Source: Octopus vulgaris (lineage: Eukaryota). From it: DNA of 64,000 nucleotides. Both the position numbers and the translations under genes were made by a program. Numbering within the stretch: the stretch's first letter is position 1; each line of letters opens with the position of its first letter. Below the pieces are notes generated by a model. The model ran no database searches. It was not told the origin of the DNA and was given only the letters and a program-made list of their open reading frames with translations. Positions 50,061 through 64,000 of the stretch are shown one piece after another. The stretch is from the NCBI GenBank assembly GCA_951406725.2, contig OX597819.1:68882001-68946000 (forward strand). The letters are read 5' to 3'.

Positions 50061-53000
50061 GTATGTATGTATCTTAGAAGGTTTCGAGATGATGTACAGG
50101 TATTTTATATTAGAAGAAATGAGGTACTCAGAAATTCGGCTGGTTTTATATTTACAGATATTTATTTGTATATTACATGTGAACAATTAATAATACATAC
50201 GATGTGAATTGCAGTATAAATAAGAGTTATATAATGGACTTTTCTTGTATTTAATCATCGTACATGCATCACCTATATAAACAACGGGAATCAGTCGTAA
50301 TACACAGCGCTTTTTGTGGACGGACAAAGAGATGATGAAATGAAGTAGAAAAATTGATGGATCGTAGGCGAAAATACCTCGTAGTCAAATTTTTTTACAA
50401 TTTACTTTCTGTGTTAAATCATCACCGATGTTCACACCGACTCTATTGGTACCCATATGATAACCTAGAAGGTTATTCGTTTGGCGTAATTGTTGAAACA
50501 TCGAACAAAATATTTTCCGATGTCTTTTGACTGTTCATATCCTGCGTATCTAAGCAAGAGTGGCAAATGTTTCTGTAACTGACAAGAACTCTTCCACCCT
50601 CACCTCGCTCCCTCCAAAATATACGGAAAGGGACTCGATGGGAAACAACTTCTCTATTATTTCGTAAAATCTGCATGAGTAACGCTTTGTCCTTGTCAAG
50701 GAATTCACCAAGGATGTCTTGCGATTTGTCAGAACAGAAAAGATATATTTCTGAATCAGATACAATGCAATGGAGAGAAATACAATGGCTTTTACACTTG
50801 CATAGCGTTTGCTAACACGACCGCTGTTTCTGATCGATTTCTGAAATCGTCTTACGTAGTTGACTTCTGCTTATTTTATCCAAATAGAAAATGGACTCCA
50901 GTATGATTTTAATGTGTTTCACAATTCAATGTACCCAAATATATCAATGCGTGTGTCGACAGCTTTGCCGGTAATGCTGGGTTTTGCAACATTGATGTAT
51001 TTGATTAATATCAGCCTATGAATTCAGATATACAATCGACTGCCATCACCGCAAAGGGTGGGCAGAAGAAGCAAGACGCTGCCGAGAAGATGAATCAAAA
51101 AGACAACAGTCAGTTCTCATATATTCAGAATTATACACCCGAGCAATTAGGACAACGAGCTCAGCATTCAAAATATTAACGTATTATTTGAGAATGGTTT
51201 ACGAACATTGCTCGAGCTGGTGGGGTTGCGGCAGATGTGCTTAAATACATCATGATACTGCTCATCTTGATGCAGCATAGCACATTTCAATAGGAAATGG
51301 CCAATTGTTTAGGCTTGTCCACTTCCTAGTCCGTTCCCAAATTACCAAACTCTTGCATAAATTAATGTGAGTGTCGTTTATTTACAAGCAGCTAAAACAA
51401 ATATTTGCGTTTAGCTTTGAACTTCAAATAAATATGAACAATGTAAAAATATATTGCCATAATATATTCAAATATCTCGATATTTTACAGCGAGAAACAA
51501 ACTTTATTTCCGTCTATACAGCTGAATTGAATAGGTTAACTGACACTTGTCTAACCTTCAACACCCATAAATAGTTAACACACGTTAAGGTAATATTTCG
51601 ACTGTTTAGTGCAAACCATTGTTACGCCATCGTTGTACTTTGAAATACCACAAACTATATCGAAATAAATCAAATGACGACCAAAGAGGAAATAAAAGAA
51701 ACAACAAAATAAAACTAAAATCGAACTGGACTAATTGAAAATTTATACAACTTCTGTCTATTTTCTTCCTTTCTATTTATTACAATTCAGACGAGACGAG
51801 ACTTAAATAAGCAAAATGAAATGGAAAGGAAATACAATGGAAAAGACAAAAAATGTTTGAAAGATAAATAGTAAGGAAAGAGTACAACAGTTATGATAAC
51901 AACATGAGTGCAATGATAATGATGATGATGATCAACATCATAATCATGATGATTGGAGAAACTTGTTTAGTTGAAAAGTGTAAATCGTATTTGAGACCTG
52001 GTGTTGTTTGGTTAATAATACTAATAACATTTAGTCAGGTTCTGAAGTCTCATACAAAACCTTACTTAAACACAGTAGGAAAAACTGCGTACTCTCCCTC
52101 ATAAATACACACACAGAAAAGTATGCTAAACCATCTGTGTATCCTGTTAAAAATAGGAATACGCCCTTTGCATCACGCTCTGGTTTTGCTGAGATACATC
52201 TCTTCACAAGCATTGTTTTAAAAGAAACAATAGCTATAAGAGTGAAGCAAACAATATTGCAGTAATCATTCACGATAACGGCAGTTCAATGACCTTTTTC
52301 TTCGGGCATGACAGTATCGTACACCCCAGGAAATTCATATGGAAGGAAATATTGAACGAACCTGACCTGTACAGCGGAAAACTTTCAGTGAATACAAATG
52401 AAGGAAAATTAAATTAACATCGCCGTACGTGTATCATACGAAATACATTTACAGTGTGTAAAGAAAACATAATGTAGGGTTTTATGCCTGAAAAAAAAAT
52501 CTTCATAAACGTGTAGTGTTGAACGACACGATATACATCGCAGTATGGTGGCTAAAGAGAAATGACAGGCGCGTTTCGAGGTACTTGGGGATGGTCAATA
52601 CTCGTTTGTCAATTATTAAAATGGAATTAGGACTTTAAGACACACTAAAAATTAAAATAATATATTCAGGGCGTACCGGGAATCTTGCTGACGATGTTAG
52701 CGTTGCTCCGATGGGAATATATATTTTACCAAAGAGCTAATATACGAGAACGTAAATACTAGCACGGCGTGTCACACGCTGATGGGGGATTAACACAGGC
52801 AAAGACTCACATATACGTAGATATACATATACATATATACATACATATATAGGGAAGGTGTATGTGAGAGGAGGGAGTGCGAGGAACATTATACTTTCTT
52901 AATTAACACTCATCATAAACTGTTTCCCTCTCCTCAAACACAGAAGGTAAAATAGACTTACACAGAGTGTGAGTGGAAGGGAGGAAGTTAAAATGATAAA

Positions 53001-53461
53001 TTGTCTAATTTCAAACCAGTCAGTGTCGAATCAGCGGCGCCAAACAAATAGCGCCATCACAGTCGTGCTATAACATCTCATATAATATAATCTATTCTCG
53101 TTTTCTTGGTAACATCGAATGAATGATATTCAGCTTTCTTTTTGACTGAAAAATTATTCATTTTCAAATATTTGTTGCACTCACGTCGTACACATATATA
53201 CCTCGAATATCCGGACTTAGGATCTAGATGATACTTAAATGAAAATACCCACCTTTGTCATTACCGATGTTATTTAAGTGTCCTGTGTAAACACAATAAA
53301 TATTTGACAAATTATATATCATCAGATTGTAAATATTTTGCTAGCATAAATCCAGTGTCCACAATGTTATGCATTTGCTAGCCTTGTTCGCAGTTAGTAA
53401 TTTAATTGTTCTCAGCCTGTTATTAAATCATTTTTATGTAATTGTGGAAGTTACTACGAAG

Positions 53462-53660
53462 CAGTGAGCTAGCGGAATCGTTAGCATGTTGTACAAAATG
53501 CTTAGCGACAGTTTTTCCGTCTCTTTATGTTCTGAGTTAATATCTTGCTCTGGTCAACCTAAAATTTCATTCTGTCGAGATCGATAAAATAAAGTACCCG
53601 TTTAGTACTAGGCTTGATGTAATCGACTTGTTATCTCCTAGTTATAACTGCTGGTCTTGA
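53462..53660 (+). mobile_element. SINE family B, diverged
   Basis: gagctagcggaatcgttagcatg...aaaatgcttagcg...gtcgagatcgataaaataaagtacc. Confidence 0.7.
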
Positions 53661-55357
53661 ATATTTCAACGGACTGGAACTCTGTTGAAAAGAATGTTTC
53701 GATGATGACCACTTTAGCGCAATGGAATCCGGATCTCCGTTACCCTGAGGCCTATGATTCGAGGAGGATAAACTGAAAAAAATGTGTTTAGGGTTTACAT
53801 ATTATAACGGCTTTAATGAGTATGACATTCTTTCGTCGATAAATTCAAATTGATTTATATATTCACCGTCACATAAATTAATGGCACCGAAATCATCTGA
53901 GTCAAAAGAACAATGAAACTGAAAGGAAGAAAATTCTTTTTATTCTTCTAATATGATATCTTTGTTATTTCATTCCTATTTTATATGACATCTTGCTTTT
54001 GACATACGTCGTAAAAACTTAACAAGTGGTGGAAGGTAGACTGAAAAGGTCAGCAGAAAGACAACCTGTTCATATCATGTCAGAAATACTAACATAGACG
54101 TCTAAATTTGATATCTTCTTAGCTGAAAATAGATGAAAAATAAATTTGTATACCAGAGGGAATTCAAATCGGAAAATATAAATAGCTAAATACAGTATGG
54201 CATTTAATCCGATATTTCGCTAATTTTATCTACTCACCTTTCATATATCCATTTTCTAAAATTGTTTCTACTTTACTTTACAACTAATATTGCAATATTG
54301 CAGAGCTTTTATTTCTTCCAATCGCTTCCACTTGTCGAGCTACGATACTGTTGTTGTTTTGCTTTTTTATCTCCTTTGAATATTAGATAAAAAACTCGCT
54401 ATTTTCATATTTTGCGTTTATTCTTGTTGTTGTTCGTTTATGGAAAATACACACTAAAAGAACAAGGGTCGTTTTAATATGAAAATAATTTGTTTTCCTT
54501 TCTCCCGTGTGTATTTTCATTGGATTTTCTCAATAAATAAATCTCTCTTTTCGCTATATCAATTACGTACGCAAAGAAGTATATAAGAGCGCATGGACGA
54601 ATGTACGTATGGTTGTATGTTTATTAATATGTATGTTTGTATATATGCATGTGTGTATGTATCATTGTATGCGTATGTTTGTGCGTGCCTATATTGTATG
54701 TGTGTGTGTGCGTGTATGTGTGGTGTACAAACCATCTTCAATATGGCAAAGATACTGGAGGTTTTATTTGTATGTCATGACAACCAGAGTTCTTTAGAGA
54801 AAATAGACGTCTGTATAGTAGAATGTTATTTTGTTATTCAATATACATACTGTCAATCTCCTGATGGCCTCGTAGTACATACAAAAATACATACATACAT
54901 AAATACATACAGATATACGCAAATAACATATATTACATTACATTATATTATGTTATATGTTAATACGATATATCATATTGTATTTGTCGCCAAACATTGA
55001 CGATTTGGCTATTAATTGATGAAAAGTGTGGTGCGATATTTATAAAAAACAAAATGCACATCACATCAGTTTGAAAATATCCGTTGATAACAATGAAAAA
55101 ATATACGCGCCGCCTCAACAGTACTCACCCACACCCCCACTCAGCGAAACCAAACATTTATAAGCTAGTAGGTTGTTTAAAGTTCTTTCCCAATGTGTGT
55201 TGATTTTCTCAGCAATACGTCGAAAGCAATAAATCTATATTTCTGTTCCCAAAACTAGAATTATCGCTTCAACAAAATAACTTAGAGAGGCTCTGGTCTA
55301 AATTAGCCACAATTCCAGCCAAAATACATGTTGTATTGTCCCAAATAATTTGGAGGC

Positions 55358-55389
<32 letters not shown>

Positions 55390-56281
55390 AGTGTGTGTGT
55401 GTGTGTACAAATGACCATGGGTGTGCACCTAACGTTCCCCGCTGACACACAAATCCGGACAAGGTTCTTTATGGAAGACCAGCAGTCACACATGCATACC
55501 AGCCTCCCCCACTTCACACCACAAATGTTAAAGGCAAATGTCGAAACAGCTTGCAGCAACGTTGAAATGAAGTGTCTTGCTGAAGAACAAACGCTCTACC
55601 TCATGTTCGTGAGAACTACACTATCCCCACTATCGCTCTCTGTCGTTATGTCTGTGAGTGTCAGTGTATGTGTGTGTGTACATATGTATATATTTGAATA
55701 AGCTGGAGTGAACAAAACAGAGCACAGTTGGACATTTATTTGCAACCACTGTAATTGTCTCTCTCTCTCTCTGTCTCTCTCTCTCTGTCTCTCTCTCTCT
55801 CTATATATATATATACATACATATATATACACGCACAGGCACACACACACAGGCACACACACACACAGGCACACACACACACACATATATATATATACAT
55901 ATATATACACATACGATGGGCTTCTTTCAGTTTCTGTCTACCAAATCCACTCACAAGGCTTTGGTGGTATCGAGGCTATAGCAGCTATTTCGCATCCCTC
56001 TCAAAAATACGACCCTCAGGCTAATGGGTAAATTTTTGCCCACTGGCACACTTATTTACCGGCTGATACGCATACTGCAAGCTTAACTCGTATGTCTACA
56101 AAGTGTTCACTAGAGCACCAAAATCCCTTGGAATTCTTTCATTTTTCAAATGATTTCAATGATACCAACATGCGGATGCACATGCTCAATACATTAATGA
56201 TAACAATCGTCCCAGAGGGCTTGCAGCTAGCATGATTGTTACCTTTCTCAATGTATAACGAAATAATATGTACTTCATTTA

Positions 56282-56430
56282 AGGCGGCGAGCTGGCCGAA
56301 ACGTTAGCACGCTGGGCGAAATGCTTAGCGGTATATCGTCTGTCTTTACGTTGTGAGCTCAAATTTCGTCGAGGTCGACATTGCCTTTCATCCTTTCGGG
56401 GTCGAAAGATTACGTACCTATTGCGTACTA
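56282..56430 (+). mobile_element. SINE family B (best-preserved copy; Deu/Nin-like domain)
   Basis: aggcggcgagctggccgaaacgttagc...gaggtcgacattgcctttcatcctttcggggtcga; the central motif resembles the Deu/Nin SINE domain. Confidence 0.8.
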
Positions 56431-57419
56431 TTGCATTCTTTTACTTGTTTCAGTCATTTGACTGCGGCCGTGCTGGTGCACACCGTCTTTAGTCGAACAA
56501 ATGTGGATTGCATTCTGTTTTCTGTTGGACGTGGTGGTGTTCTTGGTCGTGAAGTTGGCTGTGGCGGCAGTGGTGGTTGTGTTGGTGGTGGTGGTGGTGG
56601 TGGTGGTAATGGTGACGGTAATGGTTGTGGTGTTTGTGATTGGGGTGGTGCTGGTGACGGGTGTGGTGCTGGTAAGTACAACAATGACCACGGTGATGAA
56701 GATGCTTGTAGAGGAGGGAAGGGGACAGAATTAATTAGGAGAATGTAAAAAACAGAAAATTAGATATAGAAATTTATAAAAAAGTAGGAAGAAACTACCA
56801 GAAAAACAGCGCAGAATCCTTATTAAACCTAAGATCTTCAATTCGCGGTTGTATTCATTCTTCTTCTTCCATTTAGAAACTTTCATTATATGTTGTCGCC
56901 ATAACATCTTTCTACTGCCTCGCATATACTATGAAACACAAGCGTTTATACCATGAATTAGGATTATTTTAATATTTTTTCCTCTCTTTGTTTAGTTACA
57001 AGCGTAATATATTGTTTCTCTTTTATTATTCCAACAGTAAATGCTTCAAAACCCTACATATTTATGGCTGGGATGATACTAACCACACACAGCTTCTGTT
57101 TAATGACTTTCTAGATTATCCACTTGTATTCTTCGCTGTTGATAAATTTCAATAACATCATGTATTAAGCGATAAATCTGCATTGCCACCGTGCATTTGT
57201 AATCCCCATATTGTTCCTTATCATGTTCGTACTTATTGTAAATGTCTATTCCTCTCTTATCTCTACAAATACACCGTGTTTCATTCATATAATGTCTTTA
57301 ATACTTTTTCTTGTTAATAAAGCTCACAGTATAGCGGTTCGTGTTTCCAGTTTGACGTGCTGTGTTATTGCTATACAAGGCTAAACTTTCGCTGTGTTTG
57401 GCAAGGCATGAGAATTGTT

Positions 57420-57820
57420 TCCAACAGTTAGCACGCCAGACAAGATGCTTAACGGCATTTGGACCGACAATACGTTGTGAGTTCAACTTCCGCCGTGATC
57501 CACTTAGCCTTTCATGCTTTCAGCGTCGATAAAACAAGTACCAGCTGTGCATTGGCGTCGATTTAATCACCTTAGCCCCTATTCAAACCCGCTGATCATT
57601 TATAAAATTTGTAACTAATATCTGTATACTTTTAAAGCGGCGAGTTGGCGGAATTGCTAACACGCAGGACCAAATGATTAGCTGCACTTTGTCCATCAAT
57701 ACCTTCTAAGTTCAAATTCTGACGAGCTCGACTTCTCCGTTTATGATTTGGAATCGATAAATTATATAGCCCTAGTGTCGATTTCATCGAATTGCCACCA
57801 ACCCGTACCAAAATTTAAAG
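57420..57820 (+). mobile_element. Two diverged SINE family B copies
   Basis: gttagcacgcc...gagttcaac...gcctttcatgctttc..gtcgataaa; gcggcgagttggcggaattgctaacacgc. Confidence 0.7.
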
Positions 57821-58270
57821 CTGAAATGTTCAGAAGAGTTCCTGTGCAAGAAACATTTCTTATAAGCACCGTTGTTATCAGCATTCTTACTTCTTTGTCT
57901 GCGAAGCGTATATTTCATCAATCCGTATGGTGAAACCCACTTTTTTTTTCATAAATTTCACCGTTGTTGGCAATTTTGTTAAACAATTGTCGGTGAGTTT
58001 AGGAGCAAAGGCGTTTCGTTATATTTTTCTTTTAAACCGTGCATGCAAATCAAACTTCTGCACTGGAAATTTGGTTTACAAGAGCTAGACAAAAATTCAA
58101 AGTGTAAGGGGAAAATATTAGAATAGAAAGAAGTAGTATCAAGTGAACTGGAGCCAGCGCTCTTCGCTGAACAACATGAATGTTAATACGATGGCAAAAA
58201 CCACCTCTTTCATCCCCAAAGGCCGATCAAATATAACCTCCTGAATGGCAGCTCGAATTTATTTAATTCA

Positions 58271-58535
58271 GGGATGCATCTCTCGGAAGCACTTAGATGA
58301 ATCTCACGGAAGCTCTGGCATCGCATCTCACTGAAGCTCTGGGACACAAACCACGAAAGATCTGGGAGGCATCTCACGGAAGCTCTGGGTTTCATCTAAC
58401 GGAAGCTCTGGATCACATCCCAAGAAAACTCTGGGATGCATCTCACGGAAGCTGTAGGATGTCTCTCACGGAAGCTCAGGGATTTCATCTCACCAAAGCT
58501 CTGAGGTACATCTCCAGAAAGCTGTGGGATGCATC
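58271..58535. repeat. 23-bp minisatellite, ~11.5 degenerate copies
   Basis: Consensus GGGATGCATCTCACGGAAGCTCT repeated head to tail. Confidence 0.9.
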
Positions 58536-59785
58536 ATTAATGATATTTTTTAGATCTCATGTGGTTTCAGATCTTTCAACATCAAACGCGCTCTCCCACT
58601 TGATCCAAGAGGAGTTCATGAAGTATCAACTTGCATCCCAGTAAGAGCAATCCACTGGTGTGTCTTCTTTATCAAATGCTATCTAGTGGACGTCCTCTAG
58701 GTTCAGTATGAGACTTGATGACCCTCGTCTTTGCTGTATTAATAACTTCAAGCACAGTTAGAGCTTTGCAAGGTGAAAGCCATACAAGACCTAGAAGTTC
58801 ACTCTCTATCGTTTGCAGGCTCTATCTCTTGTCAGCCTTAGTTTCTGCATTGACCTACATGGCCTTGAAATTTGGTAAACTTCTCAGAAGCCTCCTCTCC
58901 ATTTTCGTCCAAATGTACAGACAGGTCGCTTCCGACCACCTGTTTGGGAAATTTGCGGAGACCATCTAAGGTAGCCACAAGACCGGTGCCTTCATCACTG
59001 AAACTTTAACTAAAAGAAAAACACCTATTTTGTGAGTATAGAAGAAATATTTTCTGCTTCTCTCCTATGTCAATATTCTCTTTTCCTCTCATTATCCTGT
59101 TTTCATTCTCATACAGTTTCCTTTTGTTGAAGAGCAATTAAAAATAATTACGATGAACGCTTTTAAATTATATCGACAACTTATACCGCGAAAAGCATAA
59201 AATCGCCATCCTCTTGTCTTTTTTTTTCTTTCTTTCCAGAGTATTTCCTACAACGAAATACACTAAATAATATATAATTGAAGATCTGTAAACAAGTAAC
59301 AATTATTTTTAAACAAATAGATTCTCAGCAAGGTGGCGCGCGGTGAGACTGAACCTGAAAACACATGGTTGCAAAGCGAGCTTCCTAACTGCAAAGCCAC
59401 GCCTGCACAGAGTACTTCTATGTGGATTTTTTTTTTACTGTTCATTTGTATTAGTTTCAATAATCAGAACTTTAAGATAAACATCAAAGGATTTTCACAG
59501 TCGTCACTGATGTATGTTTTAAGTTTATTGAGTATATTAGATACGGTAATGAACTACGAAAACATCTAAGTAAAATATGCAAATTCATTTTTTAAGCAAT
59601 ATAAACTTAGTCTGTCGATAATAAAAACTAAAAGGGAAACTGTAATGTTTAATGACATCAGTCTAAGTGAATATCTGATCAAAACATGGAGGATATCCAT
59701 AGGTATACATGTATATCTGTGTCTGTGTATGTGTGTGTCCGTGCTCATGTATTTATACACATCTACTTAGTTATCTATCTATGTA

Positions 59786-59852
<67 letters not shown>

Positions 59853-59977
59853 ATATACCTATGTATATATATATTTGTAGATATAGATATACCTATATAC
59901 ATATATGTATATATATATAAATATATATACCTATATATATATATATATATATATGTATTTGTAGATATAGATATATG

Positions 59978-60032
<55 letters not shown>

Positions 60033-61039
60033 TGTGTACATGTATATATATATATGTGTATGTGCAGTGAGTGGGTGGTTGTGTTCTGAAATTAAATCAA
60101 TAAAAATGCATATATCTGCTATTATATATATATCAACCTACAATATTTCAGTACTATCATGATATATCTATGACAAATTGCTGTAATTATCTGTTTATTA
60201 GTCGCTATTTTCCGAGAGTGCATCTGTTAGACTGTGAATCTGCTGATATAGCTTCTTCGCTTTAAGATATTTCATCACTGAAATTCCTTATCAGATATCT
60301 CAATTATAAACTAGGATTTGCATATTATCCTTAAATCAAGGACCCCTCGTGTTTCCATTTGTTTCATTTCTACAACAAATAATTTCATATTCATAGAATC
60401 AATCCGTCATTATCAACCACATCAAGCACGGAAGGTTTTACTTCATTACCTCAAGCGATCTTTTAGAGACAGTGTGGTGTGATTGGCGAGTAAATTAACT
60501 GATATTTCTAACAGTTCGGTTAAGTATATGGTCCAACATTAGCTGGTACAGGATCGGTGGCATTATGGGATTAAAACTCCGAGGCAAATAAGGTAAAATA
60601 GTTATTATTTTGGTGAAAACTGTAACGTTCAAATGCATATCTGTTAATTCATTAACAGATTATAAATCATGATTTATAATCCAAACTCTGAAGCAAATTT
60701 AACACAATAATAACCTACTGATAACCTACTGGTATAATATATAACACAACAATTAAGATTTGAAAGCAAAGCTTCGAAGAAAGATATATTCCCTGTTGAG
60801 GATTCAACATTCTCATCTTACTAAATTAAAGAATAATTTTTCCAACGCTTTGGGTTAAACTGCTTCTATGAACATGGCGTTAAAGCGATTATTCCATGAC
60901 TAATTCGGGTACATGTCACCACCCGCACACTCCACATTTTCAGTCACCTTTCCTCGTGTCCTCATCTACCTGAAATTCCTGTCATATTTGTTGACCTGCA
61001 ATTTCTTTAAAACGTGTGCATAAAGGCGCCGGTGCGACT

Positions 61040-61645
<606 letters not shown>

Positions 61646-62671
61646 TCAAATAATTCAAAGCAAGTTTTTTTTACATCTCGCTTTTCATTAATTCAATATT
61701 AATGAACAAAATTTTACTCAGTTCTAGAAGTAAATTAACATCTCCATAATTAATTACATTTACTAAACAGGAATTTTCATCGCCAGTTTCCGTCTACTCA
61801 CAGGATATGATTACAAAGCTAGATCGTGTCTTCTGATTTGCTTTTTATGTGTACGAGTGGTAAGAAAAAAAGAATTATTCAGCCAACCTATTTCCACAAG
61901 ACGTATATTGAATGCCAACGGACCGTGTGTTCTTTTTGAAAGCCGAATCTTTTGGCCACTCCAAACGTATTATGTTTGGCCACATGTTACGACGTGTATT
62001 TTGTCCCTGTGCAATTGTAGTAAATGTCACCTCTGCCCATTTCATGCGACTGGGAATACTCCACCTTCGCCGTCACATCCAGTTTATATACGCAAATAGA
62101 CTTCATGCTTCTCATTGAACAGCTTTTGAATATGCTTTTCGTTGACATCGAAGTAGTGTTGGTATTTACGTGTGTTCTGGCCAAGATGAGAGTGTGCACA
62201 TTTGTACAGCCCTCCTCTGCGCACGACACAGCTCTCTTCGCTTCCCTTTGGATCACACATTCATAATTTCGTTGGGGATATTTTCGCCGCTTTACTTTCC
62301 TTCTAAACCACTCATTTCATTGGCTTCAGGTACCAGTAACCTATATGAATAGTCACACGCATCTCTATAAACAAGGTTGATTAAAAGACAGTAAATAAAA
62401 ACCATTTAATTCCAAGATTTGTTTATTTTTAACAAATGAATGAATTTAATAAAAGCATCTAAATACGAAACATCATGGAAATTGTTCAAACCAAAGTCCT
62501 TCTTGTGCGACACCATTTTTCCAAATGAATAAATAAAATTGAATATTAGGTATTTATTGAACTCGATTTGCTGTCGGGTGACATTTGGCCGACCCTGTAT
62601 ATCTTTACCAACGTACTTTGCCTATGGCGCTACGTTCAATTTCTCTCTCATTCTATCTTTCTTTCTTTTCT

Positions 62672-62884
62672 TCTCTTTTACTTGTTTTAGATATTTTGAC
62701 TGCGGCCATGTTGGTGCACCACCTTTAGTCGAGCAAATTGACCTCAGGAATTCTTCTCTGTAAACCTAGTACTTATTCTATCGTTATGTTTTGCCGAACG
62801 GCTAAGTTACGGGACGTAAACACACCAACATCGGTTGTCAAGCGATATTGGGACACACACACACACGAAAATATATATACATAT

Positions 62885-62923
<39 letters not shown>

Positions 62924-63085
62924 CGACGGACTTTCAGTTTTCGTCTACGAAATCCACTCTCAAGTCTTTGGTCGACCCGAGGGTATACTAGAAGACACTT
63001 GCCCAATGTGCCACGCAGTGGGACTGAACCCGAAACCATGTGGTTGGTAAGCAAGGTACTTACGACACAACCACTCCTGTGCCTA
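62672..63085 (-). mobile_element. tRNA-derived SINE family A, full length
   Basis: Reverse-complement match to 9243-9662. Confidence 0.9.
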
Positions 63086-63149
63086 TGTATATTTTCAGTA
63101 TAGCCTTATTTACCGTTTTCCACTAGTTCTTAATAAATGTGTTCTCAGT

Positions 63150-63760
63150 TTGATGACAAATGTTTGCTTCCTTCTAAGAACCGTTGTGAGCTATTCTGAG
63201 AATATTACCCCGAGTTGCTTTCTAAGATTCAGATAGGTATTTTGTCACTATGTACAATTTGTCCAAAAAGCCTCACGGCAGTGAGTTATTTTCATCATGG
63301 CACTACTTCAAGAGTTTTTCGGTGAAAGGATAATTTTAAAGGGACTTTGGCCACTAAGATGACCTGATTAAACACCGCCAGATTTTTTCTGGTGAGGATC
63401 AGTGTACAAGAATCGCCCGAAAACATTTAAATACTTACTGCGGAGAGACTTTTGAACAGCCTGTATTATAAGAGTTTTGGTATGAATCTCATTAAGAAGT
63501 GAGTTATTTGTTATACTATTTTCAACATTTGCCACTGAGATAGCTTCCGACATTTTGTGTTTGAGTTGTAGATATCCTTATCTAAGAATTTTGAGAATAT
63601 ACGCATTTTCTTTCCTCAATATTGAGCCTCTGTGATTATAAATTTGTTGATAAATATTAAGATACTGCTTTTATCTGGACATTGCTATTGATGTTACAAT
63701 TTCAAAGCAACAGTGATATCGGTATCAATTTCCATTGAGTCTATCATTTGCACAATTCGA
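63150..63760 (-). mobile_element. Degraded Tc1/mariner-superfamily transposase N-terminal relic
   Basis: Minus translation CPDKSSILIFINKF...VANVENSITNN...FLDK weakly resembles Tc1-like HTH regions; a TIR-like ta-cagggtcggccaaatgtcaccc lies at 62599->62576. Confidence 0.35.
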
Positions 63761-64000
63761 CTTATAAAATTATTTTTGTTATTTATTCATCATATTTTTT
63801 TTAATTTTCAGATTTTATTCATTGACATTGATAGTCCAAAGAAAGTTCTAACAATATTAATTATTTAATCCTTTTCACATTCAATTTAAATATTATATTC
63901 CAGTTTAGTAACTTTTGATGTTTATGCCTTCAGATCTAACTCGCATTCATTTGTGTTTGAATGTTTGTGAGGGATTTCTTATCTGAACCTCTTGTTAAAA

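Noticed and set aside
50470-51350. Complex non-repetitive segment with short ORFs
   Set aside because: No recognisable domain or exon structure. Probably decayed transposon sequence, but unassignable without a search.
58271-58535. CRISPR-like appearance of the regular repeat, and the 115-aa ORF at 58297-58644
   Set aside because: The units are contiguous and degenerate with no unique spacers or cas genes, in a eukaryotic context. The ORF is a by-product of the repeat.
58600-58970. Possible RTE-like LINE 3' relic on the minus strand (RGRP motif)
   Set aside because: The similarity is too short and fragmented to support a call.

Overview
AT-rich eukaryotic non-coding DNA, dense in microsatellites and SINEs. 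The repeat families resemble those of Octopus (coleoid cephalopod); this is an inference. No host protein-coding gene is firmly identifiable, and nearly all ORFs in the track are microsatellite translations. The recognisable coding material is retro- or DNA-transposon derived. It comprises a near-full-length R4/Dong-type RLE non-LTR retrotransposon (minus, ~22958-26864+, broken only by frameshifts), a 5'-truncated copy of a second R4/Dong family (20794-21992), older R4, CR1-like and Tc1/mariner relics, two mariner-type MITEs and three tRNA-derived SINE families. The most interesting structure is a short non-coding foldback element present twice (20624-22399 and 29197-29645). Each arm carries a minimal hammerhead-ribozyme motif of the Penelope type (intact to degenerate), and one arm is ~31-33 nt longer. 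The first copy has a 13-bp TSD and a tRNA-like head, and its central (TAA)n linker has been used as a landing site by an R4/Dong retrotransposon. Local templated and inverted duplications and a candidate first exon plus microexon are also noted.
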